DNA of 64,000 nt from Raillietiella orientalis (GCA_036172245.1 JAYWIR010000011.1:3472001-3536000), one strand, 5' to 3'; positions 12,395 through 25,900 are shown, counted from the first letter of the stretch. Translations and numbers: made by a program. The notes: generated by a model not told the origin, from the sequence alone.

Positions 12395-13850
12395 AAGTCT
12401 CTCCACCCGGACATTTATTACATGAAAGGATAAATATACATTTTTGTGGTAGAACACGTGATTCTGCCACGTGAAAAATAAGAACACAGCTGATCTGCCA
12501 AATATCAGTGTGCAGACCGGCGAGGTGCGCTTCGGCAGCGAAGGAGAAGTCGAGAACAAAAATAAAAATACAAGAAAAAAAGAACGGGAAACGGGGAGAT
12601 GGAGCAATCGAGGAAAGGGTCACTGTTCCCTGCGAGTTGTCTCTTACATCCTGCCCAGGATGTTGGCAATTTAGCTGCGTACAGTTGTCCAAGCGGGTGC
12701 ATCATCTCGTGGCGCTGCTCAATAAGATTCCCGACCAGTGCATGATGTTTTTTCCGTTCTGGCCTCTTCGGAAACAGCAGAGAACTGAGAGGGAGGCTGC
12801 TGGCGGCAGTGAAGAGGGGTTTCCAAATGTCCCTGAGGCCACCCACTTGCATTCCAAGTGTCATGGCTGGGCGATTCCAAAGGGGTCGGAGGTCAGCATA
12901 GTCTAGAGGGCAACAGTGGCAGATGCGGGAGAGTCTCCCTCTCCCCGCACCTGCCACAGCTCGCATGCACACTCCACCGTGTGCTATAGTGAAGGCGTGC
13001 TTTGCACAGGATCCTCCAATGCAAGAGCCGCAACGTCAACTCTTGCCACTGAAGGGGAAGGGTGCAACTGTTCCAGCACGCTGGGGTCCACTTCATGTGC
13101 CAAGTAAGGCGCCTGAATGCTACGCGACGGCAGCAGTATCCTCTCCACCTGGAGATTCCGTAGTGATCCCGGAACGAGACCTAATTTCCTGTCTAAGAAT
13201 TAGAGGCGAAGAAGGGTGCACGCGGAACAATTGGTGCAAAAGTGACCACGGTCACGTTCCGCGCAGGCGCTGTAACAAATACCTCTGTGCGCGACATTTA
13301 CCTGGAGATGCACAAGACCATCGCCTTAAGGAGCTCGAAGGCGATCTTGCCGTTTGTCGGGGAATTTTCACGAAGAGTTCAGAAGTGTTCGATGATTTTT
13401 TTAAGAAAGGGATCAAGGGCAACAGGTGATCTCGGGAAGCCACAGTTTGCATCCACGCTGGCCCATGTCCAGTGGCGGAGTGCTTTGCACGGGATTCTCG
13501 AACTCTCGGGTGCTCCTTCCAGGATTCTAAGCTTCCTAGCTCGCAGAGGTTACCTCTTGTGATTCTTCGAATGGATGAACCAATACGGTCCGTCGGGCGA
13601 GGCGTCAACGGAAGAAGAGTGCCGACGTAGCAACTGCGCGGAGCTTCTTTTGGACGACCCTATGAGGATGGTGCATTCATCGGTGGAAGTTGCCGACAGG
13701 ATGGTCTCATTGGATGAATCGCGATTCGCGCAGAATCTTGCCATAGGATCCCTTCATGAGCCGACCGAACACCCATCAGTAGGGATGCTTCCAAGTTCTC
13801 TTTTCTTGAAACCGGCACTCATGAAGCTGCCACGATTCCGGTAAATTTGG
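12395..13850 (-). mobile_element. L1/Tx1-like ORF2 3' fragment with 3'UTR
   Basis: ORF 12893-13096: LPLQWQELTLRLLHWRILCKARLHYSTRWSVHASCGRCGERETLPHL (zf-RVT); UTR motif CGCTGCCGAAGCGCACCTCGCCGGTCTGC; AATAAATGTCCGGG end. Confidence 0.75.
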
Positions 13851-13899
13851 TTCTCTTCTATCTGCAGCAATTAACACAAAGACAAAAATCAGAGCCAGA

Positions 13900-16204
13900 A
13901 AGAAGACAGTGACAAAAGCACACTGTGTCTACGGGGTGTCCTTCCTCTGTTCAGTCCAACCGCTTCCCGATCAGCAGTTTCTGGAGCTGGACCTCGGTTA
14001 CACCACGGGAAGTGACGAAGGAAAATTTGCAACCTTCCCGCTCAACATGTTGGCCACGAAGCCGGTGCGCGAAGACACGCATAGTGGATGTGATAATGGA
14101 GAAGCAGCCTCCAGCTCCATCCGAAGCAGTCCAAAGAAACCTCACCTCCCGGTTCGCTGGCCATCGAAATCGCGGCAATTGCAGCGAAGATGCGGATCTC
14201 GAAGATAGTTCTTTTGCCAGCAATGGAGACCTTCCAAGCGACGTCTCGAATGGTCGGTCCATACAAGGAAACGTGGTCGCCGCCTCGCAAACAGCCCCCG
14301 AGTGCAGGGCTGTGATTTGTTCTTCCTGCTGTCGTCAGCGTGGGGACTGAGGGGGGCGGCTTCCTTCGCGTCCCCATCCCACGGTCGGCGGGACGACAGC
14401 TCCGGTGCATCCTCGTGAATGTGGGAATCCGGAGAGCTGGTGTCGCACCTACTGCCTTGCGTATGGTCCCGCATGGCTCGGGGCGAGAGGACTGCACGTC
14501 GCGTGCCCCAAATGCCTCCCTTAGGATGTGGGACAACGGGGTTTGGGCTGTCGGACAAGAACGAGAGATCGACCTTCCACTGAATTCGTCCAGGAGATCC
14601 TCCGCGAGCGCGCGACCGTCGAAAGAGCAGGTTCCCTGTGATTCTGACAAACGAGATGGGCCTCTGGGACCGGACTGCACTCCCGCTCGCGCACGTGCGT
14701 CCCTGAAGACATGTGTTTGAGGAGCCGTGTGCTCTCGTTAAGGCAACGAGAGCTCCTTGGTGGACACCCTGAAGCTCAGGAGCCAAGCAAACGGCGCGCA
14801 CCCCCTTTCTTCAGTACCAAAAGGGGGGTCACAAAAACGCCCCGAGTCCGCCTGAAGGACTTGTTTGCTCCTCGTCGCGACGGAGGCCTCGGCCTCCTGA
14901 CTCTGCAGCGGCTAGAACTACAGCTGCAGTCCAGGACGTTAGCCCCAGTGGCGCAGTTGTGGAGCTCCAGCTGGTGCGAGCCTGCACGATACCTGGTCCA
15001 GTGAGCCAGCGGCTGCGCGGGACTGTCTACCTTCCTAGCGCACCGCAAATGCCGGTACCCGTTCCACTGCGGACTGGCGCTCCGGCGAGTGGTTAAGCTG
15101 ACCAGGACGAACACCTGGATCTTTTTCCGGCCCGCGAATGGCACTTCCTGGTTGCAGAAAAACCTTCGCACATGGACCCAGATTGGGGAAGCGAGCCCGA
15201 TGTTGGGGCAGCGAATGCTGCACTCCTTTTACAACACCCACTCGCTGCAGGACATCATCGTGCAGCCCGCCTCGAGTGCGTGGGCTAAGAGGACCTCCCT
15301 AGCCGCGGCTCTGCCCTACCTCAGGAAGCACCTGAGCAGTAGTCAGCGGCCAATTGGCAGGTCCGATGTAGAATCTCTACGAGAGAGACGGAACAAGGTA
15401 GTTGGACCACGGGCCAGCTGACTGACGCTGAGACCCCAAGTGCCCCACCGAAAGGGTTATTGCACTGGGGCGAACTGCTGAGCATCCCGCTGAATGTACT
15501 CGAGTGACCCCCAGTACTGAGGAATACCCGGGCCCTCCCTCTGAAGTGGCAGGAGTCGGCGTTTCTGGTGTTGCATTGGGGACTCCCCAGCAGCGCCCGC
15601 CGATCTCACTGGACGAGGGAGGCAGTGAACCCGAACTGTGTCAGGTGCGGGGTAGGGGAATCCCTCCCGCACCTACTTCTCGACTGTGCTGCCCTCCGAA
15701 CCCTGTGGTTGCGTTTCGCAACGGCCCTAGGTGCACCCATGAACAATCCTAGAGACGTATTCAAGCGCCTCTTTGTGCGCGACTCTCTTTCGCCTGCCGC
15801 AGCCCTTGCAGCCCTTTGCTGGCGGCCTGAAGCAACGCCACTCGTGGACAGAACGATAGGGACGCCATCTGCTCCGCCCTGCGCTTCTTGAGGACGGCAG
15901 CCGGAAGGTCCCTTCTGGGACGTATACGGACTGAATTGCCGGCATCCCGGAAAGGATGTAGAGGACGACCCCAGCGTAACGTGATCCCTTCCCCTCCCCC
16001 CCTCCTGCTTTTGTAAATAGTGTTTTCTTTTTTTGTTTTTATTTGTCCCTTCCCCCCCGCTGCCGAGTCGAACTCGCCGGCCTGCGCGCTGGCTACTCGG
16101 CAAGTTCAGAGTTTTTGTCGGACGTTGTAAGGGCAATGGCCCTACACATGTTTGTTTGTTTTTTTGAGAAAATAAGTGCCCCGGAGCACCCGGATGTGAT
16201 AAAA
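13900..16204 (+). mobile_element. L1/Tx1-like ORF2 remnant (RT, thumb, zf-RVT) plus complete 3'UTR; copy A
   Basis: GRSIQGNVV (RT domain 2a), RVLSLRQR, RVRLKDLFAPRRDGGLGLLTL (thumb GGLG motif), LHWGLPSSARRSHWTREAVNPNCVRCGVGESLPHLLLDC (zf-RVT); ends AATAAGTGCCCCGGAGCACCCGGATGTGATAAAA. Confidence 0.9.
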
Positions 16205-17200
16205 GGAGCGTCACCATATCACCCTGGGATGAGCCCGCGCCTAGAGCAGTCCTCTCGTTCTACCTGCCCGTGGGACGCCCACGCTGGAGATCTTGATGAG
16301 GTGGTCTCCGACCACGCTCCCTATTGACATCTACCGACGATAGCGGACTTCCTTGACGAGGCAATGCGATCTCGTTTGTAGGACATACTTTCTTAGAGTG
16401 CCCGGTGGGACGTTCCAGTTGACAGTGAGCCCTCTGTTCTCCAGAGGTCTCTCAGAAGGATGTCCACCCATCTTCCTGAAGTCCGCACTCATCTCCTAGG
16501 GGGAAGAATCTAAGTTGCCTTCGTCTCCACGAAATGCTGCAGATTGGACGTCAGCAGCCACGTTGGTTCGCTCACTTTATTTCCAGCGGGGCGAGTTCCT
16601 CGAAATGCTGCCCTCATCTTCCTCCACGAGAATGAATGCTGAATACGCGAGTACCATCAGGATGAATTTAAGGACTGTTAGTCATGAAGAACCATTCCCA
16701 CATATTTGCCAGCTCTTTCTTCGTTCCAACCCTGGGGGATGCACGCAAGTGAGAAACAGCACCTCCTCTTCCTTGAAGCGCAGTTTCACCATTTGGGGAC
16801 TTCTCATCCTCTCCAGGAGATCGAGAGATCATGGGGACACTCTGAACAGTATTATCCTTTGTTCACCCTACAGAGCTCTTCCTTCGTCAGGTCAGAGTTT
16901 TCTCTCAAGCCCAAATTTTCATTTTGGATCTGAGGTCATGGAGGAACGGAGGAACTTTGAGCGCAAGCATCCTGATTCGAGGCAGTCCCTTGCATCCCCC
17001 TCCGGTGCTACCTAGAGTAATGAAGAAGGGCCCTGTTGTTGTGACTGACAATCTCGGTTCAAGAGATTTTTCAGCCCATCTCTTACCAAGAAAAACGTTG
17101 CCGCTGCTACTGTTCCATAAGTTCGTCCTGCGAGTGCGTATAAACTCTGTTGGGAGCCTTGGGATGCACAGCAGGAGCACCAGAGGACGAACCAATCAGA
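16205..17200 (-). mobile_element. L1-like endonuclease C-terminus, linker and RT start fragment
   Basis: GGCKGLPRIRMLALKVPPFLHDLRSK resembles the GKG.WR.N..LL...F linker; RSP at the expected KSPG position. Confidence 0.5.
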
Positions 17201-17209
17201 AGTGTGCTC

Positions 17210-18090
17210 AGAGACGGATGAAGGAAGGAAGGAGAGGAGAGAAAGAGGAAAAGAGAAGGAGCAAGGAGGCTTCTGCCGATATGGGCGAAGAGATGACCTC
17301 CTAGTAGTTCTCTCCATCTCAGCAGCCGAAGCACAGCTATACCTCGAGGATACGAGTAGCACGACAAAAAGGACCTCACAAGACTTCGGCAGCGTCCTTT
17401 AAGTTCTCACTCAGGCAGGGTCTGAAGATCTTGGAGAAGGGTTCTTCCGATTCATCAGCCATGTTGGAAAAGTACGGAATTCTAAGAAGCACCTCTGCTC
17501 TGTGGTGGAGACTCATTCGGAGACGAAGAAAATTTCCAGTTGCCGCTCAGCAAAGCTCCTTTACTGATTCTGGCGGGTAGAAGGGACTTCACAGAAGTCT
17601 CAAAGGTAGACCTCATTGCAAAAGGAACTGTCTGTCTGAAAAATCGTACCATTCCTCAACATCTCTATTATCCTTAAAGACCTTTGCTTTTCTGTGCCAT
17701 GAACATCGTCCACTTCGGTGTGCAAGTACATGCTTGTTCCCTGAAAAATATCAGAGGACCAAAGGATTGATCACCGGTGATCCAGTCGCTGCTCCGTTCT
17801 TGAGGTGCAGTGTCACTAAACTGGTTCTCCACCCGACGATCTTGTTCGCGACTCTTCGAAAGGTTGATGGTCTGAAGGGAGCACATCCGAGCCCAAGAAC
17901 GAACTGCTCAACAGAGATCCAAGGAAACGAAGAGATGAATGCTGGGGGCATGGAAGGACTTTGCCGACAGGGAAGCACCGACAGCCCATTGAAAACGAAT
18001 CCTCTGTGGATTTTGAAAATGGATCCTCTGTGGATCCTTCCCATGATCTCTCCGCGCCAAAGAGATTTTGAGCTGGGAGATGGAAATCCT
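17210..18090 (-). mobile_element. L1/Tx1-like 3' fragment
   Basis: FLLQ*GLPL (degenerate LLHWGLP) followed by a pyrimidine-rich UTR. Confidence 0.4.
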
Positions 18091-19390
18091 TAAAATTCAA
18101 TGTGCAGCGTTCCTTCTTGTTTCTAGGCAGAAGCCGTGACATACTCTCCAATCTGTGGCTCGGACTGACTTTTCAGAAACGCTGTTTTGTGTTTTCCCTT
18201 CAGCATGGGTTCCTGTATGCTCTTAGACGATGGGAGCGATACCTCCAACGATTAAGAAATTTCCCTTCCAGAGCAGTTTCACGACGGATTTCTCCACTGT
18301 TCTGTGCGCTCCCCTCTGAAGTGCCTCTTTGTAGAATTTGCCCTGCATTTTTACCACTCCTGGGGCGGAAGGGTCTGAGAATCCTCTAAATGGAAAAGTC
18401 CGAGGGAATTGGAAGATACTGGGAGAGAAGCGAATTCAAATTCATGTCATCTTGAGAGATTGAAGGTTTACTTTGTGAGGAAAGCATTCTGTGAAATGCC
18501 AGAACAAGCGGCTGTGCCAAGCAGAATCTTCACTGGTACCAAGTTCAGAGTGCAGTGCAACTTGTTCAAGCCGAATGTGTCACTGATGAAAGCAATAAAA
18601 ACTTTGATGCTAACGTACGAGATGAAACCAGACACCAATGTGAGATATCTCCATGAGAGGCTGTTACTGCCTGACGTTAAGCACATAATATATCTATGAG
18701 AAGAGGGTTGTACAGTGATCTTAAGGGTCATGATATCAAGTGGAAGATAAAAAGGTAGATCGAAACTGAAATCGCCTTGAAAATAAGGCTTTAGGAAGAA
18801 GGGGACTGAAACAATCTGTCTTTCTCTGGTAAACACAAATGGGCAGGCCCTTGGATTCCCTGTAGAAGCTGCTGGACTTGGATTATTCCATCACGATAGG
18901 GAACAAATCGGCAAGAAACAGAGAAAAATCTTTTTCGCGAAACCAAAGATACTCTGTTTTGCAAGAAACATGAGATTAAGCACCACTAAACCTCCAAAGA
19001 GGAGGAAGTGTGAAGGACGAAAAATCTTGAGGGAGTTCTGAAAGTTCAGTGGCATTTTTCTTGGCTAAGTGCTTGGCTTGTGACACCGCACACATTTTAC
19101 AGGTCATGCTTGGTTCCATCTTGAGTGTTTGGGACAAATGGAACAGTGGACTCCGATCTTCGCAAGTACGAGGCACAGAGAGCGAGGCTGCACGTTGCAT
19201 GAGGAACTGCTTTTCTTCGAATAGCTCTGGTGGAACTCACAACCCTCCAAGCATTACTGAGTTGTGCTCAGAAGAGTCAACTTGGCAGCTGAGGACAAGT
19301 TTTTCTTCGATCCTGGAATACTAGATGTTTGAGGCATTCTCCACAATTTCCACAGTCTTGCCATCCGTCCAGAAGCCCACTGGCAGCTGT

Positions 19391-19640
19391 TTATCCTGGC
19401 TGGTGACCCAAGGTGCGCCTCCTGTAACTATCCCGGCTATGTCGCATATTAGGGCATAGCACCTTCTTCAGCTTATCTGCCATGAGAGTGATCCCAAGTT
19501 CTCTCTGGATACCTCGTTATTCTTTGCATCCCAGGGATCCCACCACTACCGCTCTCATCAAGGCTGTCCAGAGTGAGTCTCACGAGCAGGCGTGCCCCGC
19601 TTGCGCAGAGGTCGCGCTAGTCCTTTGTCTATCGCTCCAG
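19391..19640 (-). mobile_element. R2-superfamily (Utopia/NeSL-like) REL endonuclease C-terminal fragment
   Basis: With one frameshift: RAVVVGSL/WDAKNNEV..ELGI...RHSRDSYRR.TLGH, matching the VVGSLG.WD..N..VL..LGI...SRDIY..H.G terminus. Confidence 0.6.
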
Positions 19641-19646
19641 TTTTGA

Positions 19647-19707
19647 TTTTTTTTTTTTTTTATTAGGCCAGTAGCGACCCCGCGAGGAAATCGTTACTAT
19701 TGGCCTA
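19647..19707 (-). other. 44-nt stem-loop followed by AATAAA/poly(A)15: short retroposed 3' tail
   Basis: TAGGCCA/TGGCCTA outer stem and GTAGCGA/TCGTTAC inner stem (19664-19707), next to T15 at 19647-19661. Confidence 0.55.
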
Positions 19708-20400
19708 GGATGATGGAAATCCTTGGGTTCTTTTTTTTCTTCGGGTTTTCTTTGTTTTGGTTCTCTAAGTGAGCCTCAAGAGCCGGTCGCGTGCCTCGCG
19801 GCGACGTGGCCCTTTTGAACACTGTTTTGTTTCCACGCCTCTCCGCCTGAGGCAAGGGGGCGATTCTTTTCTTCAGGGTAGGGCACCCCAGAAGGGGGGT
19901 TCTGTCCTATGAATCCAGGAAGGGCTCGGTAGTTTTGATACAGCTGAAGCGCGTTGGTAAGCACATGCGCAAATTTGTCATCCTAGCCACACAATAGAGG
20001 AGAGATTCTGCTTTCTGGTTGTTTCCGAGGCTAAGGAAAGAGGCAGTGAGTCCGGCAAGCATCCATCCCAACCATCTCAACATGAAATCTGTGTCGAGGT
20101 GGTACACCATGAAAAAAAGCCAAATCCAGAGAAGCAAGGGGGTGATCACCTTGTTTCTCACTCGAGATCTGATCGTTCTGATCCGGAGTTGCCGGAGGGG
20201 ATTTTCTGGAAAAATTTTCTTTCTCCAGGGGAACGCATGCCTAACCTCACCATCGTCTCGAATTTCCGTTTCGCAAGCTCTCTTTCCAGAAGGAAGAGAA
20301 AAACGAACAAGGAATGGCAACCCGAGTCTTTTACTAGTCTTTCGCGAAGCGGGGCCTTCGGGTGACCCGGCTCTCCGGAAACGAAAACGTGAAAAATAAA
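19708..20400 (+). repeat. Dispersed repeat family X, copy 1 (unclassified; possibly LINE leader plus AP-endonuclease region)
   Basis: GATGGAAATCCTT, T-rich tract, CTCAAGAGCCGG and CCTATGAATCCAGGAAGG are shared with other copies; GGDF- and RNG..LL-like motifs downstream. Confidence 0.55.
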
Positions 20401-23400
20401 GGGGAAATGCAGCGTTCGGACCGCTTCCCAACAGAAAATGCGCGGTAAGCAACGAACCCATACATCATCCGACGTTCCACGGCATCGTTTCTCACATGGG
20501 ATGCGGAGGGGGCAGTGGATCTGCGTGGGGGTGTTCGCTCTATCAGCTAGCCAGACAGCACTTTGCGCCGAGCGCAATGGAGCTTACAGAAGAAACATTT
20601 ACTGGTCTTGGCAGCATCGGAGGACCAAGAGGAACCGAGTGGCTTCTAGGAGAGGATCCAGGAATAAGAAAAATATCCTCATCTTGCCGCTGTCTTCGTG
20701 TCCGGTGACGATGTCCGCAGAAACTCCCACAACGGGAGAGCCTTCGGATCAGAATAAGAATGAGTTCCTCTTGTTAGCTCGGGCACGCTGCAGTTTCATT
20801 ACCGATGCCAAGTTTCAGTGTGAGATCTTAACATTTCGTAGGGAACCTTTTCCCAATTTTCACATGCAGAATTAATTGTCCCCAAACTCGATTACGGCTT
20901 TTACGTAAATGACTCACTTTTCTTGCTTCATAATTGGCTCTGCTTGTTTCAATGTGGTGGCGATGTGATTCCGTAAACTTGTAATTCAATTAGCCAGGCT
21001 GTAGGTAATTGTTTCCCTGCTACATGATCAAATTATAAGCTTTTGCAGCTCATTATTGCAGCAAAGCAGTTTTCATGGAATATATTCCCCCCTTCTTCCC
21101 CGTTTTGAGTTTTTCGATGGTACGTGCTCCTGTTTTGACACATTTTCCATCTACTGTGTTATCATCACGCACTTCGAGGGGAGGCTGAACTTCGCTCGTG
21201 ATCCAAGGAGCAGAGAGAAAGGAGGTCACAATCCGCACGATTTGCCTGGGTTCAAGGAAGAACCTCGCGGTTCGCCTTGAGCATTGCAAAGAAGGGTTAT
21301 CGGTTCGTGGAAACCTTCTTGGCCAGTGCCCGAAACGACTAGCAGTCTGTTCCGAATCTGTTTCGCAAATCCTCTGGATCAGTCAGGCGACTGCCCGAGT
21401 TTTTGCATTTGGTGTACCGTTTCCCTCGTGTCCTGACTCTGTTTCTTCATCCGTCTCCTCCTTGCGCAAGTTACGTCTCGTGCACATCTCTCTCTCCCTG
21501 CAACAACAACACTCACCACCGTTTCCTAAAATTCGCGCTGTAGTTTGGCATCAAGGAAAAGTACCACCGTGTTCTTGAGCAAGAGGGCAATCCATCATGT
21601 AAGACAAACCTGAGATGTAAAATTACGGTTCTGTTTCTGTGGTTTTTGAGCTGTCTCACATTAAAATTATACATGCCCGCAATACTTTTCAGAGTATGCA
21701 TCTAACCGAGCCACTAGAAAAGTAAAGAAAAAAAAAAAGAGAGAAAAAAAAAAAAAACGAATTGTCTAATGCGAGAATGATTTGAGCTCGCGAGATCAGT
21801 AGAAAGCTGGGAGCTCGAAGCATAGTTCTTTATCTTTCGAGCACAAACTGTCGTTCCGAGTTCTCCCCGGCTTGATGGACTGAGAAAAGCTGCCTGGTTT
21901 GGAAGACTCCGAAGTTTCAAAGTTATGAGGGCGGAACACGGCAGAGTCCTTGTGCCCTTCCATCATTCGATCTCCAAACCTGGGATAACCGCGAGAAATT
22001 TTTCTGAGAGCACGAATTTTTTCTTTTCGTGAAGATTCATCATCTCTGCTGTAAGTCCTTCCAAGATGAGGCCATCAAGGCCATCTAAAGCCGAATCACG
22101 AATCATCTAGACGCTCTGAATGCGGTGGGTCCCCTGATGATGAGCAGATGCCCCACCGATGGGCACAAAGGAGAGTGTTCAGTAAGTACTTCAGGGGGAA
22201 GATGTCCAGGGAAGTAAGGGCGGGACGACTGCATTGGCAGTGGCAGCATGGAGATGCAAAGAAGGTAAGTGGGGTCTGGCAGAAGAGTTTTGGACACGCA
22301 TTTTAATGCTTAGAGAAATAATAAAATAAAATAGACTCCAATGTGCAAGGCTGCTGCTTGTGACGTCGATAGCGATGGTAGGAAGCTGAGTTCTGGCAGG
22401 AATTTCACCTCAGGAATCCTTGGCTATTCCCAGCTCGGAATTCCGCCCGTTCGTTCATTCAGGTGGAGAATCGATGCTGGCCAGATATCAGATCCTGCAG
22501 ATTGGGTGCAGCCCGGAAGAACACCTACATTGTATTACGGATGATATCTACCTAACCTACGCGGAGCTGTTTCTCCATCGACGTTACGCGTGGGGGAAAA
22601 AAAATAAAGAAATGGCATGGCGATCAAATTTTTGAGCCTCACATGCATTTCAGTATTCCTTATTTTTCCACTGCTATGATTTTTCTTTCCGTTTCTTCGT
22701 GCCATCTGGATCGCAACGCTTTTTTGCCGTTTGCTCTGCTACTGCTATTGATCGAAGGGGGACAAGATGGGGGGTGAGCGCAACAGGATGCAGTTCTGTA
22801 TCCTTACCAGAAACCTGCTTGCAAAAGACTGCTGGTCAGCCAGCAGGAAAGTTTCGCAACTCAAGAAGGTTGGAATGGGAAGCGACAGCCGCAGAAATCT
22901 TCAACTTAGCACTATTGCATCTGCAAGTCTCTGAGGCGATCGTGTGGTGCCGCCGCTGGGAATTCACGAGGGAAGGAGGGCAGAGGAGCGCTCCCTGCTG
23001 TATCCTGGTTCTCTCATGACGCAGGAAAGCCATTTTTTTTTTCTTTTCAGAAATTAAGAAAAAAAAATCTAATTCCTGTTCGTGAAAGGATAGCATGGCA
23101 TCAGCATAGCAACGATCGCACTGCATTCAAAAACCTGGATGGGTTCAACACTTCCACCCTTCCGGATGGTTCCAACCTTCCGATTCTGTGATAGATCCAT
23201 AGTCTTCAGCAGCGTCGGAGTGAGGAACTGCCCCCCTTTTTCTCTTAAGCATACTGCACGCTCTGATCCCCGAACTATCTCTTTGGTAAATAGAATTGCC
23301 TTCCATCTCCATCCGGATGCCGTATCTGAATTCCACGAAATTTATTGCGGTTGATGCTTACGACTCCAGGATGAAACTTGGAAATCCTCAGATATTCATC

Positions 23401-24339
23401 TCCTCTGAATCATAAATTCACGTCTTGAAGTGTTGCGCACGAGTCGCGCGGTAAAAACCCCCTTACTTGCGCCGAATCGCGTTTTTTTTTTGCAGCGGCC
23501 ACCTTTCTGTTTCTGGCTGTGCCGGAAAATTCCCGATGATCAATCGACTTCGAGTGCTTGAGAGTCAAGGCACCCCTCGGTTCGCCCCCTCTGTGTGGAG
23601 GGGATATAGTGGCAAATTTTCGAAATAACCGCCTGATTTTCCGTCCTTCGGACGGAGAGTTTCCGCGTAGGTCAAGTCCGAGGACGACCGTGGATGCGTT
23701 TTGTCCAGGTGCGGCTCGTTCTCTCCATCCTTGCCGTGGTTGGTCGTCCTCTCAGGTCCGAGAAAGATGACTGTTTCTGTTGAGACCCCTTTCGGTTGAG
23801 GGTCTCTCAAGACCTAGGGCACAGAGGCCCTCCTGCTCTTGAGCACTTCTTTCTCTTTCATAACTGTAAAGAAAAAAAAAATGCAATATGGAGAATCGAA
23901 TACCGTCCGGCATCTTGAGAATCCGGAAGATTTGGAACGAGTGAGGAACGCATGGATGTTTTCTCCTCCCTCCATGGGCTTCTCGACAATGCCAAGAAGT
24001 CTGATTTTCACTTCCAGGACAGATTTTAAGAGGTTGAAGCCGTGGATCCCCAATGTCATTATTCTGCAGACGTTCAAGGAATGCTGCGTTGCCGACTTCT
24101 GCTCCATCGCATTCAAGATGCTTGGGGAAGAAAATTCTTTCCCTCCTTCGGATATCCTGAATGAGAGTGACATTTGTCACGAACGAAGTCCAAGCAAGGA
24201 TGCTAGAGGGGTGAACTTTAAGGCCAAAGTGGGGAGAAGCACGCGGAATAGGAAAAACACGGACGGAAATCATCCAAGGAGTGCCGCCGAGTCCCCCAGG
24301 AACCGTAAGAGCACTATCCGGAGGATTCTCCATTGCAGT

Positions 24340-25900
24340 GTTTGGCCTACGCCGGAAGTAACCACCTTTTAGTGGATCTTCACCAGCAGCACTCTCTCCG
24401 ACGCAAGACAGACGCTAGATGCGATTCCCGTCGTTCTGCAAATGGTGGAGTTCCTCCAGAAGGAACCCGGCAGCCGGCAGTGACCCTCTGGCTTTTTCTG
24501 ATGCTGGGGCTTGCATTCAGTGGGATCTGCTATATCCTGTGTCCGAAATAAGGTCTGCTCTTCGGTCCTTCGATAGTGCTAAACGGTGTTCTTGGTTACA
24601 GCATCCAGCCACATACCCACCTCGCCTGTGTCCTTGTTCTGCCACATCCTGTCTCAGAGGACACCCCTGGGTGAGATGAGGATCTTTGTCTTCGAAGCTT
24701 GCTTGAACAGAAAGGCAACCCTGCTGTACGCCGGATCGCCTTGCTCCCTGAAAGCTCACGTCAACCTTTAGAAAAGCGCGGGAAACAGAAAGACCAAAAG
24801 AGATCGGGAACAGATTCATCTAGCCAGCTAAGCAGGGTACAGACGCTACACTTCCGTTTAGGAGGGAAAACAACGGGATTACAGCGAAAGGGGGCCGCGT
24901 GGGGTTGGGGAAAACTTGGACTTAATCATGATTTTGTTGCCTTGAAGCGATGGAAAATCCTGGTTCACATTTGATTCTTTCCACGCCTTTCCAGGCAGTT
25001 TTCCTCTTTCTTCCAGTTCGCAAACTACCCGAGAATTGCTGTTGTTTCAGCTCTTGGGGGCAACAAGAGGCTCGACAACTGTGATGCACCCAACGTGCGC
25101 ACAGAGAGGGGAGGAAACACCGACTCCAAAGGAGAGGAGAAATCTGGAGTCCACTCCCAGTTTCAGTCTGATCAACGTAAAATCTTAATGCGAACGTGAA
25201 CACGTTTTGTCGATGAATACCAGAAGTCTGGAGCCATCCCAGTGCCACAATCATCATGTAAGGGGACTCGAAGCTCACAACTCGGCGTCGATCCCTACGG
25301 GGTTATTCGAAAGGGCGGCGCTCAGTGCTACATGCGAACGCCGTGCCCACACGGTCTTTAAGATGAGTTATAGGGATGCTGCAGCTTCAATGTAACTGAA
25401 GCCGAGCATCGGATGCTGCATTTGCCTCATGTGATTGGAGCCAGAACAGTCAATGATGACTTCAAAGGTTGCTAGCAGCCTGGGGCGAACCGTGTTTGTT
25501 CCAATCCGCTGGCAGTCAAGCAGCAGCCCATAGGCGAGCAGCGCTCAGTGGCGAGCTGAGCGCATCGCAGAGCGATAGCAGATCAGATGTCGCCTCTGGC
25601 CTTTCTCTTTCTTTTTCTCGACATACCAAATGACGCTGGTCGTATGGAGGCGGAGAGCAACTGCAGCTGCGAGCGGTTGCGATGTGTGTAACCTGTAGGC
25701 TGTTTAACCGTGGGTACACACCCGCGGGACTTTCAGCCCCTTCACTTACTTGGGAACTTGAAGATATTCCTAAAAATAGAAGATTAGGAGCATGCCACTG
25801 AAGGACGTCAGAGAGAAGACTGAATCGCATGCAAGGACTTGTGACTGACGCACTGCATGCAGAGAGATCTCCCTCCAAAAGAAAATCTTGGAATCAGAGT
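24340..25900 (-). mobile_element. Decayed L1-like RT/thumb fragment
   Basis: PYMMIV and TGSGLQIS at the spacing expected for YADD and F...SGL.IN; heavily degraded. Confidence 0.45.

Noticed and set aside
12525..12539. U6 5'-like GTGCGCTTCGGCAGC
   Set aside because: Short, and it is the antisense of the L1 3'UTR motif.
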